A stretch of 64,000 bases of DNA from Desulfomonilia bacterium (GTDB taxonomy: Bacteria; Desulfobacterota; Desulfomonilia; UBA1062): positions 192,001 through 256,000 of the forward strand of contig CAXXDQ010000008.1 of assembly GCA_963664325.2 (NCBI GenBank). Reading direction: 5' to 3'. The notes beneath the pieces are model-generated. The model worked only from the letters and a program-made list of their open reading frames with translations, searched no databases and was not told the origin of the DNA. The position numbers and the translations under genes were made by a program. Positions 48,761 to 59,797 of this stretch are shown piece after piece. The stretch's first letter is position 1, and each line of letters starts with the position of its first letter.

Positions 48761-48997
48761 GGTTGTCCTCCTGACCGTGTTGCGGCAGAGGCTTTTTATC
48801 GAAACCCATCAGACGGCGCGATTCGAACCCGTACATAAATCAGCAGTCGAATTGCCTTAAGGAACATCAGGCCTGTTGATTCGTACCTCTTTATGGTGCA
48901 CCGAATCGTTCCTCACTTGACAGAAGCGTTTTAATGAGAGACCTTTTGTCTTGCGCAGTTCATTCAGCCAGTTTTCATGAATTTAACGGAGGTTGAA

Positions 48998-50677
48998 ATG
49001 AGAAACGTCAGAGTTATTTTTCTTGTCTTCTTTATAGTCATAATGTCTCAGGTATGCCTTTTTGCCGGAACCTCTCCGGAAAACGGCAATGTGCCCGGCA
49101 CGCCTCCGGTTGAAACAGGCACAACTGTTCAGGGAGATACTGCCGGCCAGTCCGATCCTGCGATCGCCGTGACCCAGTTGGGTAAAGTAAAGGGAAAACT
49201 CTGCGGCGATGTCGTATGCTGGCTGGGGATCAGATATGCTGAGCCGCCTGTCGCTAAGCTCCGCTTCAAGGCGCCGGTCCCGGTAAAGTCCTGGGAGGGT
49301 GTTTATGATGCGACTAAATTCGGGTTCGCCGCACCGCAGCCGCCACCTTCACCGATCGAGTTCACTGGAAAGGGCGAGAAGAAGTCCGAGGACTGCCTGT
49401 TCCTGAACATATGGGCGAAAAAAAGCGCTTCGAAACGACCTGTCATGGTGTGGTATCACGGAGGCGCGTACATGTCTGGCGAAGGTTCGCTCGGTCTCTA
49501 TAACGGCGGACGGCTGGCCAAGGAGGGTGATGTTGTTGTCGTGACAGTGAACTACAGGCTGGGCGCGCTGGGATTCCTGTATTTTTCCGATATGGCGAAA
49601 GCAGCCGGTCTTGCCGGTGATTTTATCGATAATCCCGGAATGCGCGATCAGATTGAGGCGCTCAAATGGATTCATGACAACATCTCCTCGTTCGGCGGAG
49701 ACCCGGGCAATGTGACGATTTTCGGGGAATCTGCGGGAGGTTCCACCATATTCTCACTCTTATGCGCCCCAGCGGCCAAAGGTCTTTTCCACCGGGCCAT
49801 CGCCGAGAGCGGGGCGCCTTCCTGCATATACGGCCGTGAGACCGGAACATTTTATGCGGCCAAATTCCTTGAGTTCCTCGGGATGAAGCCGGAGGAAGTC
49901 GGCAAGCTCAGGGATATGCCTGTAGACCGGTTCGTCAGTGCTACTGAAAAGATCATGGACTGGAACGCGATAAACAGACCCGGGTCAATTTCATTCGGGC
50001 CGACTACCGGGACCGAGACCATGCCGCTCGAACTGTTGAGCGCAGCAGCCACAGGGGCCACCGCCGAAGTCCCCCTGATCATAGGGACCAACCACGACGA
50101 GGCGACGCTGTTTGAAGGGGATGATCCGCCCATCGTTCCCACCACGCCTTTGCTCATCAACAGGATGCTGGATCTTACAAACGCCGATAAGAAGGAACGC
50201 ATCCTTGTAGCATATCCGGGATTTCCATCGAAGGGCAGCGTCATTGAAGCGGCTACGGACGCAATCTTTCTTCAGCCGTCCATCCAGTTCGCCGAAGCCT
50301 ACAGCCGGCATGCGCCGACATGGTTCTACCGTTTCGATTATACCACCCCGCTGCCCCGCCTGCTGGGATTCGATGCAACTCACGGAAGCGAAATAGTTCA
50401 CGTGTTCCACACCTACAATACAATGGCCGGTACTCTCCTGACTTTATGTGCATGTCCGGGAAAAAGGCGGAGCGTAGGAAAAGAGATGCAATCGGGATGG
50501 GTTAATTTTGCAACTTACGGCGATCCCAACGGCTCGGGCCAGGGCGATAAGCTGTGGCCTGCTTATGACACCATACACAGGACGACCCGCATATTCGGAA
50601 CGAAAAATATATCAACCATTGACGATCCCGATAAAGAACGCCGCGAGGCATGGCAGGGGATAATTCTGTATAAATAA
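48998..50677 (+). CDS. Exported type-B carboxylesterase/lipase
   Basis: Signal peptide; SEDCLFLNIW, HGGAY, NYRLG, FGGDP.NVTIFGESAG, HGSE. Confidence 0.93.
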   Translation: MRNVRVIFLVFFIVIMSQVCLFAGTSPENGNVPGTPPVETGTTVQGDTAGQSDPAIAVTQLGKVKGKLCGDVVCWLGIRYAEPPVAKLRFKAPVPVKSWEGVYDATKFGFAAPQPPPSPIEFTGKGEKKSEDCLFLNIWAKKSASKRPVMVWYHGGAYMSGEGSLGLYNGGRLAKEGDVVVVTVNYRLGALGFLYFSDMAKAAGLAGDFIDNPGMRDQIEALKWIHDNISSFGGDPGNVTIFGESAGGSTIFSLLCAPAAKGLFHRAIAESGAPSCIYGRETGTFYAAKFLEFLGMKPEEVGKLRDMPVDRFVSATEKIMDWNAINRPGSISFGPTTGTETMPLELLSAAATGATAEVPLIIGTNHDEATLFEGDDPPIVPTTPLLINRMLDLTNADKKERILVAYPGFPSKGSVIEAATDAIFLQPSIQFAEAYSRHAPTWFYRFDYTTPLPRLLGFDATHGSEIVHVFHTYNTMAGTLLTLCACPGKRRSVGKEMQSGWVNFATYGDPNGSGQGDKLWPAYDTIHRTTRIFGTKNISTIDDPDKERREAWQGIILYK

Positions 50678-50825
50678 TACACCAGTATGGCTGGATGCAC
50701 CCAAGCTTCAGCCTTATTTGCACGCATGTATGGATCGGGAATGAAAAGGCGCCCGTCTGATTTCAGGAAAGATGCTTGAATTAACGACACGCAATGCTTG
50801 AAAGATCAGGCTGAGGGGAGGCGAT

Positions 50826-51995
50826 ATGAAAGATGTCAGGTCATCCGTAACGGTGATTGTCTATTTTATTGCCCTTGCGGGCTTTGTTCTGATCGCGTCC
50901 TATGTAATGTCTAATATATGGGAAAACCAGCCAAAGATATCGATTAATGAAAAGAATATGTCGATCGTCCCCGGCATGACGATCATGGATTTCGGGAAGG
51001 CAAACAATCTTGATGATAAAATCTTGAAGGAACTTTTCGATCTCAAAAACAAATCGGAGCTTGAAACGAGCCTGGATAAATTCGGAACAGAAGAGAGGAT
51101 AAGAGAGCTTGTAAAAAGCCGCGCCGCACTTGCTGAAGAGCATGCTTCAAAAAACTGGGTGAAAATCAGGATAAAGTTCGCGTTCTGGTTAATCTTTCTC
51201 GTAGCCGTATTTCTGTATGCAGAAAAACACAGGATGAATGATCGTATGAGAAAAGTCCTGCTGCTTGCCTCATTGATTATATTCGGCGTTATCCTTGGGT
51301 CTGATCCGGCTCCAATGGGTACGATAAAAGATGCATTCTTTCTGTTAGCCAAAAAGCATGTGATATTTCCACCCCGTATGATAGCGCTGGCCCTTTTCCT
51401 TATAATCGTGCTTATTGCCAACAAATACATCTGTGCATGGGGCTGTCAGGCAGGGACATTGCAGGATCTTGTTTTCAGGATCAATCAGGATGCAAAAGGC
51501 AAAACCGTTCTAGGTAATCAGATCCGCATTCCCTTCGTTGTTTCAAACAGCGTCCGGGCTGTTTTTCTTGCAGCCTTCATTCTTGCAGCCTTTGTATGGG
51601 GAAAGGATATAATAAAACCGATAGATCCTTTCAGCGTATATAATCCTGTTTCCATAGGCATCGCCGGGGGAGTTTTCATAGCAGCGCTTCTTATATCGAG
51701 CCTGTTCGTTTACAGGCCCTGGTGCCATTTGTTCTGTCCGTTCGGGTTACTTGGATGGATTCTCGAAAAGGCGAGCATTTTCAAAATAAGCGTTAATTAC
51801 GATACATGCATAGCCTGCGAAAAATGCGCCAGGTCATGCCCTTCGACCGTCATGAACGCCATATTGAAGAGGGAGCAAAAAACCATTCCAGACTGTTTCG
51901 CCTGCTATTCATGCAGAGACGCCTGCCCCACAAAATCTATAATCTTCGGCAAGCGCAAGCGCCGTCTTCCTCCCGAAGGACATTTTAAAAAATGA
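50826..51995 (+). CDS. Membrane 4Fe-4S binding protein (NapH/MauN-like)
   Basis: TM helices; CAWGCQAG, WCHLFCPFG, CIACEKCARSCP, CFACYSCRDACP. Confidence 0.85.
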   Translation: MKDVRSSVTVIVYFIALAGFVLIASYVMSNIWENQPKISINEKNMSIVPGMTIMDFGKANNLDDKILKELFDLKNKSELETSLDKFGTEERIRELVKSRAALAEEHASKNWVKIRIKFAFWLIFLVAVFLYAEKHRMNDRMRKVLLLASLIIFGVILGSDPAPMGTIKDAFFLLAKKHVIFPPRMIALALFLIIVLIANKYICAWGCQAGTLQDLVFRINQDAKGKTVLGNQIRIPFVVSNSVRAVFLAAFILAAFVWGKDIIKPIDPFSVYNPVSIGIAGGVFIAALLISSLFVYRPWCHLFCPFGLLGWILEKASIFKISVNYDTCIACEKCARSCPSTVMNAILKREQKTIPDCFACYSCRDACPTKSIIFGKRKRRLPPEGHFKK

Positions 51996-52414
51996 AAGCG
52001 GCTTCGAATAACGTGACGGCTGCTTGAACATATAAAATTATTGTTTTTAACCCGGTGGCATCCGGTTTTAAACCTTGAAAAAAACCGAACGGCCCGGCCA
52101 GGTTGATATTGTCTGGCTAGCATGGGAAACTGCTCACCGGATGACCCGTATATTCGGAACGAATTAAAGAACAACCATTGAAAATCCTGATGATATACGC
52201 AGTGAGGTGTGGGAAGGGGTGATGCTGTATAAATAAAATATTGAAGACCTGGCATGCTGAAACGATATCACATTCACACGATTTTCATCTCAGGCATGCC
52301 CAGGAAGGTTTTTGGCAACAAGCCTTGATTGAAGGCAAACAGCCAGATTGCTCACTATAAGGGCCTGACGTTTCAGGTTCCTAATATCTGATAACCTATG
52401 CCGCGATCAGCTCC

Positions 52415-53512
52415 TTAATTATAAATACACAACTGCTCGTCTAAACACACCGCCTTGGCCTCCGGGTATCTCGGATCATTAGAACGCATCGGCCAGAATG
52501 CGCAGTTCGAACAAGCAATTGCCGGATTGACAGCTGATCCATCACTCCAGTTTCCCATAAAGGTCTGTTCAGGGGTATTACCATACCAGTACCTGCGATC
52601 TGTGCCATAGAAGGTGTCATTAGCAATGGCTACGCACCATTTATATGACCCGTAATAATCAAGGGCATTGATCTTATCTCTGCTGCCGCCGCCGGCAACC
52701 CATCGATGAACCGCTTTCAGGTCATTCGAATCAGGTGTCCCATTATAATCGGAATAAAGGCCTATCCATTGTCTTCTTGATTCCGGGATTTGAGTTATTT
52801 GGCTCCAATATCTGGAAGATGTATTCCATGTGGTATTCAATTTGGCATCTTCCTCAGCCATAATCATGAGAATGTTAGTATCGCTGGGAATATTATTGGC
52901 GTCATTCATAGGCGTCACTTCTTCTCCGAATATATCTCCTCCATTGTTAGCCTCTATTGCCATGACAAACTGGGGCTGAGGTACATAGTCGGCTGGATAA
53001 TTTGCCGCAGCAATATTGATGGCCGTAACTCCGCCGACGGACCAGCCTATAAGACCGAACTTGAGTGTCCCATCCGGATTGGTGGCAGGCTGGATGCATG
53101 TGCTGTCAGCTTTAATGTGATTTAAACCATCATTGATGTTTTTGGCTGCATTAGACTCAAAATTTGAAGGCAGAACCCCCAGAATTTCGTAATTGCAATA
53201 GATCACTATATATCCTTTCTTTACGATATGGACCACCAGAGCCTCGTTGGCTGACAGTCCGTTATCAGCTTCATATCCATGCAGATACGCTATTACCGGA
53301 AGGCTGGACGGCAGGGCGCCGCCGGCAGGCTGATATATATAGCTATTGCCGGCATTTGTACTGGGGTAAGGAATTCTGGTGTAGGAAGAATAGAGGTAAT
53401 CGCTGCCGCCAGGGCCGCTTGAAGGCTGCTCTGGCGGTTTAATACAGGAAGCGCAAACAAAGGACAATGCCAAAAGAAAACAAACGATAGTGATGTTCCG
53501 TGATCTTTTCAT
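52415..53512 (-). CDS. Alpha/beta-hydrolase lipoprotein
   Basis: Lipobox CASC; YLHG; GWSVGG; start at 53512 after GAGG. Confidence 0.8.
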   Translation of the reverse strand: MKRSRNITIVCFLLALSFVCASCIKPPEQPSSGPGGSDYLYSSYTRIPYPSTNAGNSYIYQPAGGALPSSLPVIAYLHGYEADNGLSANEALVVHIVKKGYIVIYCNYEILGVLPSNFESNAAKNINDGLNHIKADSTCIQPATNPDGTLKFGLIGWSVGGVTAINIAAANYPADYVPQPQFVMAIEANNGGDIFGEEVTPMNDANNIPSDTNILMIMAEEDAKLNTTWNTSSRYWSQITQIPESRRQWIGLYSDYNGTPDSNDLKAVHRWVAGGGSRDKINALDYYGSYKWCVAIANDTFYGTDRRYWYGNTPEQTFMGNWSDGSAVNPAIACSNCAFWPMRSNDPRYPEAKAVCLDEQLCIYN

Positions 53513-53835
53513 ACATAACCTCCTCATGGAATTGTATTGCATATTTTGCAGCATTCAGTTCAGCAACCATGCTGCATGATGATGTTATATCTCATAAATA
53601 AATAGATGCCAAGTGTATTTCAGCAACATGATACGGGATTTGATTTTTCCGGAACTTGCCCGGAATGCATGATTGGAAAAACACTCACTCTAAATTAAGA
53701 TATTTCAAAACAGGTTAATAACTATTATCAAATATTTGCGTATGCCGACATAAATAGTATGCTGACAGCATACGGACAACATGACGCATCAAGGTCAGCC
53801 AATAAATTATCATCAATTCAGACATGGAGAACTCT

Positions 53836-54945
53836 ATGAATAAACTGCTATGGACCGTAACACTTTCCTTGATATTATTTTTGCAGGCTTGCAGCAATAG
53901 CAGCAGTAACAACTCCGGCAGTATTGAAGCGGTTTTCAGTGATGTCCCTTTCCAGACGGAAAAGTATCTGAGAATCGGATACACGCTGAAGACCTGGGAG
54001 TATGAGAAAGAAGGACTGGAGCTCCAGAAAATTACGGTGTTCGACTGCTATTCCAAAGAACCTCTGTTTGTAATCGAGAAGGCTGACCTGCCCCTGATTT
54101 ATAAGGACCCTCTGCCCGCAAACCCGTTTGTTACATTCGATAAGCTGACGGGCTATTACCTCTCGATCCAGCTGCCGATCCCGCTGGGGCAGACACCGCC
54201 CCGGGAAGTAATACACTCGTTTACCTTCAAAAATACGGAGAACGGGGAAGAGCTCTCAATCTGGGGCGGCTCATTCAAACCCCGGCTTGATGAAACGCCG
54301 CTGGTGATTGCTTCTCCCATTAAAGGGAACAGGCTCATATTCGAAAACCAGTCCAAGCTTGGCTATCATTTCAACAACATGGTATTTCTTGAAGGCGGAA
54401 TTTTCACATCGGAGCGGTTTGCTTTCGACTCGATACAGATGAATGACGAATTCACCAATGATTGTGAAGGCGATCCTGCCGTAAACACGAGCTATTTCAA
54501 CTACGACACGCCTCTTTTGGCGGTTGCCGGCGGAACGGTCGTTTTCGTGCAGGACGGGCTCCCTGAAAACCATGGCGATTTAAAGGATGTTGTCCTTCAC
54601 TCCCTGCTTGATTATGGCGGGAACTTTGTGGTGCTGGATATAGGCGGAGGCCATTATGCATTTTACTGCCACTGCATTCCGGGCTCGATAAAGGTGAACG
54701 CGGGCGATACGGTATATGAAGGCGATGAGATTGCAAGACTCGGAAATTCCGGAAATTCAACAGGGCCGCATCTGCACTTCCAGATAACCGACGGGCCGGA
54801 TGTATTCCTAAGCCACGGCGTTCCATTCGTGCTCAAGGAATATACAAAGATCGGGGATGTAACCGGCGGCGTGCCATCTTTCCAGACCCCGGAACGTATA
54901 GCCAATTCGATGATGGAGGAATTTACGGTTTTCAATGTGGAATAA
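53836..54945 (+). CDS. M23 metallopeptidase lipoprotein
   Basis: Lipobox LQAC; FAFD, AVAGGTV, GNFVVL, Y.H, GNSGNSTGPHLHF. Confidence 0.88.
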   Translation: MNKLLWTVTLSLILFLQACSNSSSNNSGSIEAVFSDVPFQTEKYLRIGYTLKTWEYEKEGLELQKITVFDCYSKEPLFVIEKADLPLIYKDPLPANPFVTFDKLTGYYLSIQLPIPLGQTPPREVIHSFTFKNTENGEELSIWGGSFKPRLDETPLVIASPIKGNRLIFENQSKLGYHFNNMVFLEGGIFTSERFAFDSIQMNDEFTNDCEGDPAVNTSYFNYDTPLLAVAGGTVVFVQDGLPENHGDLKDVVLHSLLDYGGNFVVLDIGGGHYAFYCHCIPGSIKVNAGDTVYEGDEIARLGNSGNSTGPHLHFQITDGPDVFLSHGVPFVLKEYTKIGDVTGGVPSFQTPERIANSMMEEFTVFNVE

Positions 54946-55088
54946 CGAAGAAGAGCACAAATGAGTCAGGAACAAGACCAGGGATGTTGATAACCAAGAA
55001 CTCAAAATAACAAATTATATGGTTGCCAGCATCCCGGACAGGTATACAAATTTATTAACCCGTCAGCTTATCGGCTGATCAGCATGTT

Positions 55089-56027
55089 TCATTCCCCGCC
55101 GCCTGGAATCTTTAATGTGCGGTTGAAGAATCCCAGCACCCGTCTTTCCGCCTCACTGCGGCACTGGTTCCACTCTTCGACATGCTCTGTGCACGGTGCA
55201 ATCCACATCTCCTTAGGCTCTTTTGCCGCAGCGAACAAACGCTGCCCGTGGGACAGTTCGACATATTTATCGCCTTTGCAATGCATGATGAACAACGGGC
55301 GTGGAGAAATTTTGCCGATATGATCGATCGCCGAGCATCGATAAAAGCTGGTCCCGGCCCTCAACCCCGCGATCCATACCACCAAGGGTATCAGAGGATA
55401 GCGGGGGATGTGGTAATCGCGGCGGGCCACATCGGCGATCTCATCCTCGATGCCGGCAAACGCACTGTTGAATACGCCTGCATTAATGCGCTTGTCTTCA
55501 GCCATAGCCAGGATGGAGCTCGCCGACCCCATTGAAAAGCCAAGCACTCCTATGGCCTTCTGTCCTTTCATATTTGCTGCAAAATCCACAGCACCGATAA
55601 TGTCGTTCTTTTCAAGGCAGCCCATTGTCGCGAAGTGCTCTCCTGTCTCGCCTTCTCCGGGATTGCCGAGGTTGCGCCGAAGGTTGAATGCTATGACGTT
55701 GTACCCGGCCTTATGTAAAACGGGCGAATATTTCATTCCCTCATGCAGCGTGGCTCCGTGGCCATGTACCAGGATGATGACCTTGCGGGAATTGTCCGCA
55801 GGCATATACCATCCGTTCAAGGTAAGCCCGTCCGAGGTAGGAAATGTAATGTTCTCAAAGGCAAGCCCCCAGACTGAAGGGTCTCCATTTTTTACATAGA
55901 TGGGGTCCCATGCGACTTCAGGAAAAAGTATTGCCGAAGAAAAATACCATGCAGCCCCAAAAGCTGATGCCATCACAATCACGACGGCTGCAAGAATTCC
56001 TGCCCATATCTTCTTTTGCTTTGTCAT
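55089..56027 (-). CDS. Membrane-anchored alpha/beta hydrolase
   Basis: N-terminal TM; DGLTLNGWY, HG, GFSMG, D and H triad candidates. Confidence 0.88.
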   Translation of the reverse strand: MTKQKKIWAGILAAVVIVMASAFGAAWYFSSAILFPEVAWDPIYVKNGDPSVWGLAFENITFPTSDGLTLNGWYMPADNSRKVIILVHGHGATLHEGMKYSPVLHKAGYNVIAFNLRRNLGNPGEGETGEHFATMGCLEKNDIIGAVDFAANMKGQKAIGVLGFSMGSASSILAMAEDKRINAGVFNSAFAGIEDEIADVARRDYHIPRYPLIPLVVWIAGLRAGTSFYRCSAIDHIGKISPRPLFIMHCKGDKYVELSHGQRLFAAAKEPKEMWIAPCTEHVEEWNQCRSEAERRVLGFFNRTLKIPGGGE

Positions 56028-56399
56028 TTCATTCTCCTTTCATTGAAAAAATCACATCACGGTCCGGTATGGTTCCGGCGTTACATTCATCAGAAGCATA
56101 AAAATTATTTTAATCGAACTGTTGACAAATGTCCCTCTCGATTTTCGTTTTGTTTGAATAAACTCCGGCTATGTCACAGGCACGCATATTATGTCTGGGC
56201 CTGCAGTTCAGGTTTATGCGGCGACTCATCCGGTAAGTGCAAAGAGTCGAGAGATTAGACGGTTTTATTCCGATTTATATTCAAGATGATGTTTCTTCGT
56301 CTGCGGCTTGAGGAGCGAAGCAGGATGCTCGTGATCCCAATTTCGAGCCGCATTCCGACACAGAGGACAACGACAGCGCTTGAATAGGAATCGGAATAT

Positions 56400-58508
56400 C
56401 TATGAGGCGGTTATTGACATCGTATATTCGCTGTCGTCAGATGGTGACGGCGTGATCGCCAGATAATATGTGCCGGTAATGCTTTCCCAGTCAAGAAATC
56501 CCTGTCCTACAGCGATGGGCGCCTTCAGAGTCGAATCAAAGAGGACTAGCGTATACTGCGGGTCAGTCCCCGATGTCGTTACGCTGATATCCTGTCCGGG
56601 GGTAGTGATCGCCAGTTTATACCAGTCTGTCTGATGAAAATTGACGCTGCCGATTATAACGTCTCCTATGTTTATGTCAGGGACGAGGTCAATGTCGTAG
56701 CCTGAATAGCCGCCCATGGTCACTCTTTCACCGCCCGTTACCGGCTCGACCCTCACGCAACTGTCGCCGCGGTTGTTTATGCCCGAGACATACGCGAGAT
56801 CATCACCGGTAGAATCAGGCGTAAGAACGTTCTGCACCCCGTATTTGCCGCCCAGGAGAAAACCGTCCTTTGTCGAGAATGACAGTGAGGCCTCACCCCA
56901 TCCTATGTCGTTGAAGCCGAAGTTATCGATGATGTAGGTCTTTCCGAGCCTTGCCGTCCATGCGGGGGTTATCGACGGCGTGACCTTCTGTCCCATTATG
57001 AAAAAGGCGTAGCCGCCGCAGGCGAGTTCCTCCATCTCGGAGCCGCTGCTGCCGACCTGTATGATTACGAAGAAGTTGTTTCCGCCCCAGGATATGTTCC
57101 TGAAAGCGTATTTTTGAGTGCAGCCGGAGCAGACATACATTGACCCGTCATAGCTGAGCGTAAGGTTTCTGGGCGAGGATGCATTGGCGTTAAGGCTCAG
57201 TGTGAGTGTGTCATCGCCGTTGTTAATGACCTTATGGTATTTGGCATTCCCCACGTATATGCCTGTGATCTGTGCGGCATCATGTATTGACTGGATGACG
57301 GGAAGTGCCGGCATGCTCTGATGAAGTCCGTATTTATCAATGAGCGCGTTCTTGAGGCATTCGCGGGCGATCGCGTATTTGATATTTCCGGCCGTATCCG
57401 AATTGCAGAGCACAACGACGCCCAGCTTTTTATCAGGCAGAAGCTCGATGACCGATTCAAAATTCGTCGTGCTGCCGTCCTTTATCCAGGCGCGCCCGGC
57501 ATAGCTCATTGCATAGTCGTTGGTTATGTCGAAACCGGGGCCGGGGTTGAAGTATGAAAAGATATCGAGCTGGGATTTTTCCTCATGGCCCATGAGGGCT
57601 ACGGTCGCGGGGGCGAGTATGCGTGTCCCGTTGGGATGAAGGCCGTCGCCCAGGAGCATCATGATGAACTGCGACATGTCGATAACCGTGCTGTATGCGC
57701 CGCCTGTCGCTGTCAGGTTAGCTTCCATCCCCGGCGCAGGCTGACCGTTCACATAACCCATTGCCGCGTTATCCGTTATCTTCCTGAAGGAGCTGTGATT
57801 CATGCCGAGCGGGGCGAGCAGGTTTTCCTGCATATAAGATGTGAATGTATCAGCGCCGCCTGTCCTGCGCACTATCTCGCCCGCGAGCACGAAGCCCGTG
57901 TTGCAGTATGATGCAATCTGGCCGGGCGCATAGTTGGGGTAGTCGTCCCTCAGGTATGAATAGAGCCAGTTGATATAAAGGCCGGTATCCCAGCCGTCCC
58001 ACATCTCCTCAACAAAGCCTGCATTCCAGATGTCTCCGGGGATGCCGGAGTGGTGGTTGAGAAGGCGCCTTGCGGTTATGCCCTGCATCTGGTTGGGAAA
58101 CCGAGAAGCCATATCGAATTCAGGCAGGTAGCCCGTTACGGGCGCATCAAGCTCCACCAGCCCCTGGTCGTAGAGATTGAGCAGGGACGCCGTGGTAAGC
58201 GTCTTTGAGACAGAGCCTATCATGAATACTGTATCGGCCGTAGCAGGCGTCTTCAGCTCCTTGTCGGCCCAGCCGAAGCCTTCGGACCAGATAATCCTGT
58301 CGTTGTCCACCAGCGCTATGCTCAGGCCGACGAGGTTATACTCCCTGATGGCGCTGTTTATGTATGCGGATGTGTTTTTAATTGTGGCCGTGTAATCCGC
58401 TCCCGTATTCGAGGATGAGGAAGAAGATGATGAACACCCGCCTGCAAAGAAAAGAACATATATGGATAAAAGCAGCATAAAAGATTTTTTATTTGATAAA
58501 TTCTTCAT
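56400..58508 (-). CDS. Serine hydrolase (beta-lactamase/AmpC-like fold) lipoprotein
   Basis: Lipobox AGGC followed by poly-Ser; GSVSK (SxxK), LLNHHSG, YCN, LGM. Confidence 0.88.
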   Translation of the reverse strand: MKNLSNKKSFMLLLSIYVLFFAGGCSSSSSSSSNTGADYTATIKNTSAYINSAIREYNLVGLSIALVDNDRIIWSEGFGWADKELKTPATADTVFMIGSVSKTLTTASLLNLYDQGLVELDAPVTGYLPEFDMASRFPNQMQGITARRLLNHHSGIPGDIWNAGFVEEMWDGWDTGLYINWLYSYLRDDYPNYAPGQIASYCNTGFVLAGEIVRRTGGADTFTSYMQENLLAPLGMNHSSFRKITDNAAMGYVNGQPAPGMEANLTATGGAYSTVIDMSQFIMMLLGDGLHPNGTRILAPATVALMGHEEKSQLDIFSYFNPGPGFDITNDYAMSYAGRAWIKDGSTTNFESVIELLPDKKLGVVVLCNSDTAGNIKYAIARECLKNALIDKYGLHQSMPALPVIQSIHDAAQITGIYVGNAKYHKVINNGDDTLTLSLNANASSPRNLTLSYDGSMYVCSGCTQKYAFRNISWGGNNFFVIIQVGSSGSEMEELACGGYAFFIMGQKVTPSITPAWTARLGKTYIIDNFGFNDIGWGEASLSFSTKDGFLLGGKYGVQNVLTPDSTGDDLAYVSGINNRGDSCVRVEPVTGGERVTMGGYSGYDIDLVPDINIGDVIIGSVNFHQTDWYKLAITTPGQDISVTTSGTDPQYTLVLFDSTLKAPIAVGQGFLDWESITGTYYLAITPSPSDDSEYTMSITAS

Positions 58509-58693
58509 GGCTTTCCTTTCGGGTATAAACTTTATACAGCCTGTTCATAATACATTTCGGCATTTTACCGGGAATGATTAAGATATTGCCTAAGGTAGCC
58601 AAATTATTTATAAAGTGCTGATGTATGGAAAACCTTGTTCATATCAGGAATGAAATAGGGTAAGGGTTGCTAATCAAATTTGAGGTAAATGAA

Positions 58694-59797
58694 ATGGTTG
58701 AAAATGCTGCAGAAAACAAATCGCACAAGAATTCTTTAAAGTATGCTGTCTGCTTTCTCGTACTGGTCGCTCTGGCGTGCTTCATTTACTGGTTCTTTTT
58801 TATAAAGGGGACTGTTTTTTCAGACGATGCCAGAATAGACGGAATTCTGGTCGACCTGTCGCCTCAGATTCCAGGAGTTTTAAAAACGGTTTCTGTACAG
58901 GAGGGGGATAAGGTTCAAAAGGGGCAGATGCTGTTTTCCCTGGACAGGGACCTGCTTCAGGCCTCTGTTGACAGGGCCCGGGCGGATCTGGCCTCCTCAA
59001 CGGACGCCGCCGATGTTTCAAGCGCTCAATACATAAAGGCAAAACACGGTCCTCTGGTCGAAGAGATCAGGATCGCCGAGACGGCCGTGAAGAATGCCTC
59101 AGTCCAGCTCAGCCTTGAGGAATCGAACTGGAAAAGGGTAAACTCCCTCTATGATGAAAAGCTGGTTTCGACAGCCGATCACGACAGGGTCAGGACTGCC
59201 CTTGAAACCGCAAGGCACAGATATGAGGATGCGACACAGAGGCTGGACTTTTTGAAAAAAGGGACCCGCAGTGAAGACATCACCGCTGCAAAATCGACAG
59301 AGGAAGCCAAAAGGGCCGAAATGGAATCGGCAAAGGCTCGTCTGGAACAGGCTGAAATCAACCTGGGATACTCCGACGTAAGCTCCCCGTTTTCAGGACT
59401 GGTCGTAAGAAAATGGAAGGACCCTGGTGACACCATCTCTGCCGGTACGCCGGTCCTTTCAATACTTGACCCGTCTTCTCTTTACATCAAGGCCAATATC
59501 GAAGAGAAGAACCTTTATAAAATCCGCATTGGAGACAAGGTCGACATAAAAATAGACGCCTTTCCCGGCGTGAGTCTGAAGGGGAAGGTGGAGAAGATAC
59601 TGCTGGCTACAAACTCCAAGTTCTCCCTTGTGCCGTCCGAAGGTGTATCCGGGACGTTCATAAAGGTCGCTCAAAGGTTACCGCTCAAGATAGCGTTTGA
59701 TTCGGTACCCGATCTGCCGCTCGGCCCCGGGCTCTCGGTCGAGGTCCGCATCCACTGCGGCAGTATTCCGGCATCGAATACCGAGCCTAAAAAGTAA
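58694..59797 (+). CDS. EmrA/HlyD-family efflux adaptor
   Basis: N-terminal TM, EGDKVQKGQ, SPFSG, FSLVPSE..GTFIKVAQRLP. Confidence 0.9.
   Translation: MVENAAENKSHKNSLKYAVCFLVLVALACFIYWFFFIKGTVFSDDARIDGILVDLSPQIPGVLKTVSVQEGDKVQKGQMLFSLDRDLLQASVDRARADLASSTDAADVSSAQYIKAKHGPLVEEIRIAETAVKNASVQLSLEESNWKRVNSLYDEKLVSTADHDRVRTALETARHRYEDATQRLDFLKKGTRSEDITAAKSTEEAKRAEMESAKARLEQAEINLGYSDVSSPFSGLVVRKWKDPGDTISAGTPVLSILDPSSLYIKANIEEKNLYKIRIGDKVDIKIDAFPGVSLKGKVEKILLATNSKFSLVPSEGVSGTFIKVAQRLPLKIAFDSVPDLPLGPGLSVEVRIHCGSIPASNTEPKK

Noticed and set aside
48815-48835. GGGTTCGAATC (minus strand) resembling a tRNA T-loop or attachment site
   Set aside because: No T-stem pairing, cloverleaf or nearby integrase.
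56400-58508. Beta-lactam resistance gene
   Set aside because: SxxK/YxN fold only; a 702-aa lipoprotein with extra domains fits general esterase/peptidase members of the family.
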